Assembly: GCF_009914755.1 (NCBI RefSeq)
Contig: NC_060943.1
Length of the DNA: 64,000 bases
Source of the DNA: the human T2T-CHM13v2.0 reference genome, Homo sapiens
Reading direction: 5' to 3' (one strand)
Position 1 is the first letter of the stretch, and every line of letters starts with the position of its first letter. The notes below the pieces were generated by a model. It did no database searches. It was given only the letters and a program-made list of their open reading frames with translations, and was not told the origin of the DNA. Shown here piece after piece: positions 50,701 to 62,405 of the stretch. The position numbers were made by a program, and so were the translations under genes.

Positions 50701-53700
50701 CACAGAGTTTACCCTTTCTTTTCATAGAGCAGTTAGGAAACACTCTGTTTGTAAAGTCTGCAAGTGGATATTCAGACATCCTTGAGGCTTTCGTTGGAAA
50801 CGGGATTTCTTCATATTCTGCCAGAAAGAAGAATTCTCAGTAACTTCCTTGTGTTGTGTGTATTCAACTCACAGAGTTGAACGATCCTTTACACAGAGCA
50901 GACTTGAAACACTCTTTTTGTGGAATTTGCAAGTGGAGATTTCAGCCGCTTTGAGGTCAATGGTAGAATAGGAAATATCTTCCTATAGAAACTAGACAGA
51001 ATGATTCTCAGAAACTCCTTTGTGATGTGTGCGTTCAACTCACACAGTTTAACCTTTCTTTTTATAGAGCAGTTAGGAAACACTCTGTTTGTAAAGTCTG
51101 CAAGTGGATATTCAGACATCCTTGAGGCTTTCGTTGGAAACGGGATTTCTTCATATTCTGCTAGAAAGAAGAATTCTCAGTAACTTCCTTGTGTTGTGTG
51201 TATTCAACTCACAGAGTTGAACGATCCTTTACACAGAGCAGACTTGAAACACTCTTTTTGTGGAATTTGCAAGTGGAGATTTCAGCCGCTTTGAGGTCAA
51301 TGGTAGAATAGGAAATATCTTCCTATAGAAACTAGACAGAATGATTCTCAGAAACTCCTTTGTGATGTGTGCGTTCAACTCACACAGTTTAACCTTTCTT
51401 TTCATAGAGCAGTTAGGAAACACTCTGTTTGTAAAGTCTGCAAGTGGATATTCAGACCTCCTTGAGGCCTTCGTTGGAAACGGGATTTCTTCATATTATG
51501 CTAGACAGAAGAATTCTCAGTAACTTCCTTGTGTTGTGTGTATTCAACTCACAGAGTTGAACGATCCTTTACACAGAGCAGACTTGAAACACTCTTTTTG
51601 TGGAATTTGCAAGTGGAGATTTCAGCCGCTTTGAGGTCAATGGTAGAATAGGAAATATCTTCCTATAGAAACTAGACAGAATGATTCTCAGAAACTCCTT
51701 TGTGATGTGTGCGTTCAACTCACAGAGTTCAACCTTTCTTTTCATAGAGCAGTTGGGAAACACTCTGTTTGTAAAGTCTGCAAGTGGATATTCAGACTTC
51801 TTTGAGGCCTTCGTTGGAAGCGGGATTTCTTCATATTCTGCTAGACAGAAGAATTCTCAGTAACTGCCTTGTGTTGTGTTTATTCAACTCACAGAGTTGA
51901 ACGATCCTTTACACAGAGCAGACTTGAAACACTCTTTTTGTGGAATTTGCAAGTGGAGATTTCAGCCGCTTTGAGGTCAATGGTAGAATAGGAAATATCT
52001 TCCTATAGAAACTAGACAGAATGATTCTCAGAAACTCCTTTGTGATGCGTGCGTTCAACTCACAGAGTTTAACCTTTCTTTTCATAGAGCAGTTAGGAAA
52101 CACTCTGTTTGTAAAGTCTGCAAGTGGATATTCAGACATCCTTGAGGCTTTCGTTGGAAACGGGATTTCTTCATATTCTGCTAGAAAGAAGAATTCTCAG
52201 TAACTTCCTTGTGTTGTGTGTATTCAACTCACAGAGTTGAACGATCCTTTACACAGAGCAGACTTGAAACACTCTTTTTGTGGAATTTGCAAGTGGAGAT
52301 TTCAGCCGCTTTGAGGTCAATGGTAGAATAGGAAATATCTTCCTATAGAAACTAGACAGAATGATTCTCAGAAACTCCTTTGTGATGTGTGCGTTCAACT
52401 CACAGAGTTTAACCTTTCTTTTCATAGAGCAGTTGGGAAACACTCTGTTTGTAAAGTCTGCAAGTGGATATTCAGACATCCTTGAGGCTTTCGTTGGAAA
52501 CGGGATTTCTTCATATTCTGCTAGAAAGAAGAATTCTCAGTAACTTCCTTGTGTTGTGTGTATTCAACTCACAGAGTTGAACGATCCTTTACACAGAGCA
52601 GACTTGAAACACTCTTTTTGTGGAATTTGCAAGTGGAGATTTCAGCCGCTTTGAGGTCAATGGTAGAATAGGAAATATCTTCCTACAGAAAGTAGACAGA
52701 ATGATTCTCAGAAACTCCTTTGTGATGTGTGCGTTCAACTCACACAGTTTAACCTTTCTTTTCATAGAGCAGTTAGGAAACACTCTGTTTGTAAAGTCTG
52801 CAAGTGGATATTCAGACCTCCTTGAGGCCTTCGTTGGAAACGGGATTTCTTCATATTATGCTAGACAGAAGAATTCTCAGGAACTTCCTTGTGTTGTGTG
52901 TATTCAACTCACAGAGTTGAACGATCCTTTACACAGAGCAGACTTGAAACACTCTTTTTGTGGAATTTGCAAGTGGAGATTTCAGCCGCTTTGAGTTCAA
53001 TGGTAGAATAGGAAATATCTTCCTATAGAAAGTACACAGAATGATTCTCAGAAACTGCTTTGTGATGTGTGCGTTCAACTCACAGAGTTCAACCTTTCTT
53101 TTCATAGAGCAGTTGGGAAACACTCTGTTTGTAAAGTCTGCAAGTGGATATTCAGACTTCTTTGAGGCCTTCGTTGGAAGCGGGATTTCTTCATATTCTG
53201 CTAGACAGAAGAATTCTCGGTAACTTCCTTGTGTTGTGTGTATTCAACTCACAGAGTTGAACGATCCTTTACACAGAGCAGACTTGAAACACTCTTTTTG
53301 TGGAATTTGCAAGTGGAGATTTCAGCCGCTTTGAGGTCAATGGTAGAATAGGAAATATCTTCCTATAGAAACTAGACAGAATGATTCTCAGAAACTCCTT
53401 TGTGATGCGTGCGTTCAACTCACAGAGTTTAACCTTTCTTTTCATAGAGCAGTTAGGAAACACTCTGTTTGTAAAGTCTGCAAGTGGATATTCAGACATC
53501 CTTGAGGCTTTCGTTGGAAACGGGATTTCTTCATATTCTGCTAGAAAGAAGAATTCTCAGTAACTTCCTTGTGTTGTGTGTATTCAACTCACAGAGTTGA
53601 ACGATCCTTTACACAGAGCAGACTTGAAACACTCTTTTTGTGGAATTTGCAAGTGGAGATTTCAGCCGCTTTGAGGTCAATGGTAGAATAGGAAATATCT

Positions 53701-56700
53701 TCCTATAGAAACTAGACAGAATGATTCTCAGAAACTCCTTTGTGATGTGTGCGTTCAACTCACAGAGTTTAACCTTTCTTTTCATAGAGCAGTTGGGAAA
53801 CACTCTGTTTGTAAAGTCTGCAAGTGGATATTCAGACATCCTTGAGGCTTTCGTTGGAAACGGGATTTCTTCATATTCTGCTAGAAAGAAGAATTCTCAG
53901 TAACTTCCTTGTGTTGTGTGTATTCAACTCACAGAGTTGAACGATCCTTTACACAGAGCAGACTTGAAACACTCTTTTTGTGGAATTTGCAAGTGGAGAT
54001 TTCAGCCGCTTTGAGGTCAATGGTAGAATAGGAAATATCTTCCTATAGAAACTAGACAGAATGATTCTCAGAAACTCCTTTGTGATGTGTGCGTTCAACT
54101 CACACAGTTTAACCTTTCTTTTCATAGAGCAGTTAGGAAACACTCTGTTTGTAAAGTCTGCAAGTGGATATTCAGACCTCCTTGAGGCCTTCGTTGGAAA
54201 CGGGATTTCTTCATATTATGCTAGACAGAAGAATTCTCAGGAACTTCCTTGTGTTGTGTGTATTCAACTCACAGAGTTGAACGATCCTTTACACAGAGCA
54301 GACTTGAAACACTCTTTTTGTGGAATTTGCAAGTGGAGATTTCAGCCGCTTTGAGTTCAATGGTAGAATAGGAAATATCTTCCTATAGAAAGTACACAGA
54401 ATGATTCTCAGAAACTGCTTTGTGATGTGTGCGTTCAACTCACAGAGTTCAACCTTTCTTTTCATAGAGCAGTTGGGAAACACTCTGTTTGTAAAGTCTG
54501 CAAGTGGATATTCAGACTTCTTTGAGGCCTTCGTTGGAAGCGGGATTTCTTCATATTCTGCTAGACAGAAGAATTCTCAGTAACTTCCTTGTGTTGTGTG
54601 TATTCAACTCACAGAGTTGAACGATCCTTTACACAGAGCAGACTTGAAACACTCTTTTTGTGGAATTTGCAAGTGGAGATTTCAGCCGCTTTGAGGTCAA
54701 TGGTAGAATAGGAAATATCTTCCTATAGAAACTAGACAGAATGATTCTCAGAAACTCCTTTGTGATGTGAGCGTTCAACTCACAGAGTTCAACCTTTCTT
54801 TTCATAGAGCAGTTGGGAAACACTCTGTTTGTAAAGTCTGCAAGTGGATATTCAGACTTCTTTGAGGCCTTCGTTGGAAGCGGGATTTCTTCATGTTCTG
54901 CTAGACAGAAGAATTCTCAGAAACTTCCTTGTGTTGTGTGTTTTCAACTCACAGAGTTGAACGATCCTTTACACAGAGCAGACTTGAAACACTCCTTTTG
55001 TGGAATTTGCAAGTGGAGATTTCAGCCGCTTTGAGGTCAATGGTAGAATAGGAAATATCTTCCTATAGAAAGTAGACAGAATGATTCTCAGAAACTCCTT
55101 TGTGATGTGTGCGTTCAACTCACAGAGTTTAACCTTTCTTTTCATAGAGCAGTTAGGAAACACTCTGTTTGTAAAGTCTGCAAGTGGATATTCAGACCTC
55201 CTTGAGGCCTTCGTTGGAAACAGGATTTCTTCATATTCTGCTAGACAGAAGAATTCTCAGTAACTTCCTTGTGTTGTGTGTATTCAACTCACAGAGTTGA
55301 ACGATCCTTTACACAGAGCAGACTTGAAACACTCTTTTTGTGGAATTTGCAAGTGGAGATTTCAGCCGCTTTGAGTTCAATGGTAGAATAGGAAATATCT
55401 TCCTATAGAAACTAGACAGAATGATTCTCAGAAACTCCTTTGTGATGTGTGCGTTCAACTCACACAGTTTAACCTTTCTTTTCATAGAGCAGTTAGGAAA
55501 CACTCTGTTTGTAAAGTCTGCAAGTGGATATTCAGACCTCCTTGAGGCCTTCGTTGGAAACGGGATTTCTTCATATTATGCTAGACAGAAGAATTCTCAG
55601 TAACTTCCTTGTGTTGTGTGTATTCAACTCACAGAGTTGAACGATCCTTTACACAGAGCAGACTTGAAACACTCCTTTTGTGGAATTTGCAAGTGGAGAT
55701 TTCAGCCGCTTTGAGGTCAATGGTAGAATAGGAAATATCTTCCTATAGAAAGTAGACAGAATGATTCTCAGAAACTCCTTTGTGATGTGTGCGTTCAACT
55801 CACAGAGTTTAACCTTTCTTTTCATAGAGCAGTTAGGAAACACTCTGTTTGTAAAGTCTGCAAGTGGATATTCAGACCTCCTTGAGGCCTTCGTTGGAAA
55901 CGGGATTTCTTCATATTATGCTAGACAGAAGAATTCTCAGTAACTTCCTTGTGTTGTGTGTATTCAACTCACAGAGTTGAACGATCCTTTACACAGAGCA
56001 GACTTGAAACACTCTTTTTGTGGAATTTGCAAGTGGAGATTTCAGCCGCTTTGAGTTCAATGGTAGAATAGGAAATATCTTCCTATAGAAACTAGACAGA
56101 ATGATTCTCAGAAACTCCTTTGTGATGTGTGCGTTCACCTCACAGAGTTCAACCTTTCTTTTCATAGAGCAGTTGGGAAACACTCTGTTTGTAAAGTCTG
56201 CAAGTGGATATTCAGACTTCTTTGAGGCCTTCGTTGGAAGCGGGATTTCTTCATATTCTGCTAGACAGAAGAATTCTCAGTAACTGCCTTGTGTTGTGTG
56301 TATTCAACTCACAGAGTTGAACGATCCTTTACACAGAGCAGACTTGAAACACTCTTTTTGTGGAATTTGCAAGTGGAGATTTCAGCCGCTTTGAGGTCAA
56401 TGGTAGAATAGGAAATATCTTCCTATAGAAACTAGACAGAATGATTCTCAGAAACTCCTTTGTGATGTGTGCGTTCAACTCACAGAGTTTAACCTTTCTT
56501 TTCATAGAGCAGTTAGGAAACACTCTGTTTGTAAAGTCTGCAAGTGGATATTCAGACCTCCTTGAGGCCTTCGTTGGAAACGGGATTTCTTCATATTATG
56601 CTAGACAGAAGAATTCTCAGTAACTTCCTTGTGTTGTGTGTATTCAACTCACAGAGTTGAACGATCCTTTACACAGAGCAGACTTGAAACACTCTTTTTG

Positions 56701-59700
56701 TGGAATTTGCAAGTGGAGATTTCAGCCGCTTTGAGGTCAATGGTAGAATAGGAAATATCTTCCTATAGAAACTAGACAGAATGATTCTCAGAAACTCCTT
56801 TGTGATGTGTGCGTTCAACTCACAGAGTTCAACCTTTCTTTTCATAGAGCAGTTGGGAAACACTCTGTTTGTAAAGTCTGCAAGTGGATATTCAGACTTC
56901 TTTGAGGCCTTCGTTGGAAGCGGGATTTCTTCATATTCTGCTAGACAGAAGAATTCTCAGTAACTGCCTTGTGTTGTGTTTATTCAACTCACAGAGTTGA
57001 ACGATCCTTTACACAGAGCAGACTTGAAACACTCTTTTTGTGGAATTTGCAAGTGGAGATTTCAGCCGCTTTGAGGTCAATGGTAGAATAGGAAATATCT
57101 TCCTATAGAAACTAGACAGAATGATTCTCAGAAACTCCTTTGTGATGCGTGCGTTCAACTCACAGAGTTTAACCTTTCTTTTCATAGAGCAGTTAGGAAA
57201 CACTCTGTTTGTAAAGTCTGCAAGTGGATATTCAGACATCCTTGATGCTTTCGTTGGAAACGGGATTTCTTCATATTCTGCTAGAAAGAAGAATTCTCAG
57301 TAACTTCCTTGTGTTGTGTGTATTCAACTCACAGAGTTGAACGATCCTTTACACAGAGCAGACTTGAAACACTCTTTTTGTGGAATTTGCAAGTGGAGAT
57401 TTCAGCCGCTTTGAGGTCAATGGTAGAATAGGAAATATCTTCCTATAGAAACTAGACAGAATGATTCTCAGAAACTCCTTTGTGATGTGTGCATTCAACT
57501 CACAGAGTTTAACCTTTCTTTTCATAGAGCAGTTGGGAAACACTCTGTTTGTAAAGTCTGCAAGTGGATATTCAGACATCCTTGAGGCTTTCGTTGGAAA
57601 CGGGATTTCTTCATATTCTGCTAGAAAGAAGAATTCTCAGTAACTTCCTTGTGTTGTGTGTATTCAACTCACAGAGTTGAACGATCCTTTACACAGAGCA
57701 GACTTGAAACACTCTTTTTGTGGAATTTGCAAGTGGAGATTTCAGCCGCTTTGAGGTCAATGGTAGAATAGGAAATATCTTCCTATAGAAACTAGACAGA
57801 ATGATTCTCAGAAACTCCTTTGTGATGTGTGCGTTCAACTCACACAGTTTAACCTTTCTTTTCATAGAGCAGTTAGGAAACACTCTGTTTGTAAAGTCTG
57901 CAAGTGGATATTCAGACCTCCTTGAGGCCTTCGTTGGAAACGGGATTTCTTCATATTATGCTAGACAGAAGAATTCTCAGGAACTTCCTTGTGTTGTGTG
58001 TATTCAACTCACAGAGTTGAACGATCCTTTACACAGAGCAGACTTGAAACACTCTTTTTGTGGAATTTGCAAGTGGAGATTTCAGCCGCTTTGAGTTCAA
58101 TGGTAGAATAGGAAATATCTTCCTATAGAAAGTACACAGAATGATTCTCAGAAACTGCTTTGTGATGTGTGCGTTCAACTCACAGAGTTCAACCTTTCTT
58201 TTCATAGAGCAGTTGGGAAACACTCTGTTTGTAAAGTCTGCAAGTGGATATTCAGACTTCTTTGAGGCCTTCGTTGGAAGCGGGATTTCTTCATATTCTG
58301 CTAGACAGAAGAATTCTCGGTAACTTCCTTGTGTTGTGTGTATTCAACTCACAGAGTTGAACGATCCTTTACACAGAGCAGACTTGAAACACTCTTTTTG
58401 TGGAATTTGCAAGTGGAGATTTCAGCCGCTTTGAGGTCAATGGTAGAATAGGAAATATCTTCCTATAGAAACTAGACAGAATGATTCTCAGAAACTCCTT
58501 TGTGATGTGTGCGTTCAACTCACAGAGTTTACCCTTTCTTTTCATAGAGCAGTTAGGAAACACTCTGTTTGTAAAGTCTGCAAGTGGATATTCAGACATC
58601 CTTGAGGCTTTCGTTGGAAACGGGATTTCTTCATATTCTGCTAGAAAGAAGAATTCTCAGTAACTTCCTTGTGTTGTGTGTATTCAACTCACAGAGTTGA
58701 ACGATCCTTTACACAGAGCAGACTTGAAACACTCTTTTTGTGGAATTTGCAAGTGGAGATTTCAGCCGCTTTGAGGTCAATGGTAGAATAGGAAATATCT
58801 TCCTATAGAAACTAGACAGAATGATTCTCAGAAACTCCTTTGTGATGTGTGCGTTCAACTCACAGAGTTCAACCTTTCTTTTCATAGAGCAGTTGGGAAA
58901 CACTCTGTTTGTAAAGTCTGCAAGTGGATATTCAGACATCCTTGAGGCCTTCGTTGGAAGCGGGATTTCTTCATGTTCTGCTAGACAGAAGAATTCTCAG
59001 TAACTGCCTTGTGTTGTGTGTATTCAACTCACAGAGTTGAACGATCCTTTACACAGAGCAGACTTGAAACACTCCTTTTGTGGAATTTGCAAGTTGAGAT
59101 TTCAGCCGCTTTGAGGTCAATGGTAGAATAGGAAATATCTTCCTATAGAAAGTAGACAGAATGATTCTCAGAAACTCCTTTGTGATGTGTGCGTTCAACT
59201 CACAGAGTTTAACCTTTCTTTTCATAGAGCAGTTAGGAAACACTCTGTTTGTAAAGTCTGCAAGTGGATATTCAGACATCCTTGAGGCTTTCGTTGGAAA
59301 CGGGATTTCTTCATATTCTGCTAGAAAGAAGAATTCTCAGTAACTTCCTTGTGTTGTGTGTATTCAACTCACAGAGTTGAACGATCCTTTACACAGAGCA
59401 GACTTGAAACACTCTTTTTGTGGAATTTGCAAGTGGAGATTTCAGCCGCTTTGAGGTCAATGGTAGAATAGGAAATATCTTCCTATAGAAACTAGACAGA
59501 ATGATTCTCAGAAACTCCTTTGTGATGTGTGCGTTCAACTCACAGAGTTTAACCTTTCTTTTCATAGAGCAGTTAGGAAACACTCTGTTTGTAAAGTCTG
59601 CAAGTGGATATTCAGACATCCTTGAGGCTTTCGTTGGAAACGGGATTTCTTCATATTCTGCTAGAAAGAAGAATTCTCAGTAACTTCCTTGTGTTGTGTG

Positions 59701-62405
59701 TATTCAACTCACAGAGTTGAACGATCCTTTACACAGAGCAGACTTGAAACACTCTTTTTGTGGAATTTGCAAGTGGAGATTTCAGCCGCTTTGAGGTCAA
59801 TGGTAGAAGAGGAAATATCTTCCTATAGAAAGTAGACAGAATGATTCTCAGAAACTCCTTTGTGATGTGTGCGTTCAACTCACAGAGTTTTACCTTTCTT
59901 TTCATAGAGCAGTTGGGAAACACTCTGTTTGTAAAGTCTGCAAGTGGATATTCAGACATCCTTGAGGCTTTTGTTGTAAACGGGATTTCTTCATATTCTG
60001 CTAGAAAGAAGAATTCTCAGTAACTTCCTTGTGTTGTGTGTATTCAACTCACAGAGTTGAACGATCCTTTACACAGAGCAGACTTGAAACACTCTTTTTG
60101 TGGAATTTGCAAGTGGAGATTTCAGCCGCTTTGAGTTCAATGGTAGAATAGGAAATATCTTCCTATAGAAACTAGACAGAATGATTCTCAGAAACTCCTT
60201 TGTGATGTGTGCGTTCAACTCACAGAGTTTAACCTTTCTTTTCATAGAGCAGTTGGGAAACACTCTGTTTGTAAAGTCTGCAAGTGGATATTCAGACTTC
60301 TTTGAGGCCTTCGTTGGAAGCGGGATTTCTTCATGTTCTGCTAGACAGAAGAATTCTCAGAAACTTCCTTGTGTTGTGTGTTTTCAACTCACAGAGTTGA
60401 ACGATCCTTTACACAGAGCAGACTTGAAACACTCCTTTTGTGGAATTTGCACGTGGAGATTTCAGCCGCTTTGAGGTCAATGGTAGAATAGGTAATATCT
60501 TCCTATAGAAAGTAGACAGAATGATTCTCAGAAACTCCTTTGTGATGTGTGCGTTCAACTCACAGAGTTTAACCTTTCTTTTCATAGAGCAGTTAGGAAA
60601 CACTCTGTTTGTAAAGTCTGCAAGTGGATATTCAGACCTCCTTGAGGCCTTCGTTGGAAACGGGATTTCTTCATATTATGCTAGACAGAAGAATTCTCAG
60701 TAACTTCCTTGTGTTGTGTGTATTCAACTCACAGAGTTGAACGATCCTTTACACAGAGCAGACTTGAAACACTCTTTTTGTGGAATTTGCAAGTGGAGAT
60801 TTCAGCCGCTTTGAGTTCAATGGTAGAATAGGAAATATCTTCCTATAGAAACTAGACAGAATGATTCTCAGAAACTCCTTTGTGATGTGTGCGTTCAACT
60901 CACAGAGTTCAACCTTTCTTTTCATAGAGCAGTTGGGAAACACTCTGTTTGTAAAGTCTGCAAGTGGATATTCAGACTTCTTTGAGGCCTTCGTTGGAAG
61001 CGGGATTTCTTCATATTCTGCTAGACAGAAGAATTCTCGGTAACTTCCTTGTGTTGTGTGTATTCAACTCACAGAGTTGAAAGATCCTTTACACAGAGCA
61101 GACTTGAAACACTCTTTTTGTGGAATTTGCATGTGGAGATTTCAGCCGCTTTGAGGTCAATGGTAGAATTGGAAATATCTTCCTATAGAAACTAGACAGA
61201 ATGATTCTCAGAAACTCCTTTGTGATGTGTGCGTTCAACTCACAGAGTTTAACCTTTCTTTTCATAGAGCAGTTAGGAAACACTCTGTTTGTAAAGTCTG
61301 CAAGTGGATATTCAGACCTCCTTGAGGCCTTCGTTGGAAACGGGATTTCTTCATATTATGCTAGACAGAAGAATTCTCAGTAACTTCCTTGTGTTGTGTG
61401 TATTCAACTCACAGAGTTGAACGATCCTTTACACAGAGCAGACTTGAAACACTCTTTTTGTGGAATTTGCAAGTGGAGATTTCAGCCGCTTTGAGTTCAA
61501 TGGTAGAATAGGAAATATCTTCCTATAGAAACTAGACAGAATGATTCTCAGAAACTCCTTTGTGATGTGTGCGTTCAACTCACAGAGTTCAACCTTTCTT
61601 TTCATAGAGCAGTTGGGAAACACTCTGTTTGTAAAGTCTGCAAGTGGATATTCAGACTTCTTTGAGGCCTTCGTTGGAAGCGGGATTTCTTCATATTCTG
61701 CTAGACAGAAGAATTCTCAGTAACTGCCTTGTGTTGTGTGTATTCAACTCACAGAGTTGAACGATCCTTTACACAGAGCAGACTTGAAACACTCTTTTTG
61801 TGGAATTTGCAAGTGGAGATTTCAGCCGCTTTGAGGTCAATGGTAGAATAGGAAATATCTTCCTATAGAAACTAGACAGAATGATTCTCAGAAACTCCTT
61901 TGTGATGTGTGCGTTCAACTCACAGAGTTTAACCTTTCTTTTCATAGAGCAGTTAGGAAATACTCTGTTTGTAAAGTCTGCAAGTGGATATTCAGACCTC
62001 CTTGAGGCCTTAGTTGGAAAAGGGATTTCTTCATATTATGCTAGACAGAAGAATTCTCAGTAACTTCCTTGTGTTGTGTGTATTCAACTCACAGAGTTGA
62101 ACGATCCTTTACACAGAGCAGACTTGAAACACTCTTTTTGTGGAATTTGCAAGTGGAGATTTCAGCCGCTTTGAGGTCAATGGTAGAATAGGAAATATCT
62201 TCCTATAGAAACTAGACAGAATGATTCTCAGAAACTCCTTTGTGATGTGTGCGTTCAACTCACAGAGTTCAACCTTTCTTTTCATAGAGCAGTTGGGAAA
62301 CACTCTGTTTGCAAAGTCTGCAAGTGGACATTCAGACTTCTTTGAGGCCTTCGTTGGAAGCGGGATTTCTTCATATTCTGCTAGACAGAAGAATTCTCAG
62401 TAACT
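37170..62405 (+). repeat. Tandem duplication of a 12,580-bp (37-dimer) block
   Basis: Private variants at +12580: CAGGAT 42642/55222, TTCACCT 43558/56138, GATGCT 44666/57246, GCATTC 44913/57493, GGTAAT 47913/60493, TAGTTGG 49432/62012, GCAAAG 49732/62312. Confidence 0.92.

Noticed and set aside
52620-52994. Longest ORF (124 aa), and the 87-aa ORF at 43780
   Set aside because: They arise from chance loss of TAG/TAA stops (52686, 52881; 43847). The sister copies in the 12.58-kb duplication lack the extension.
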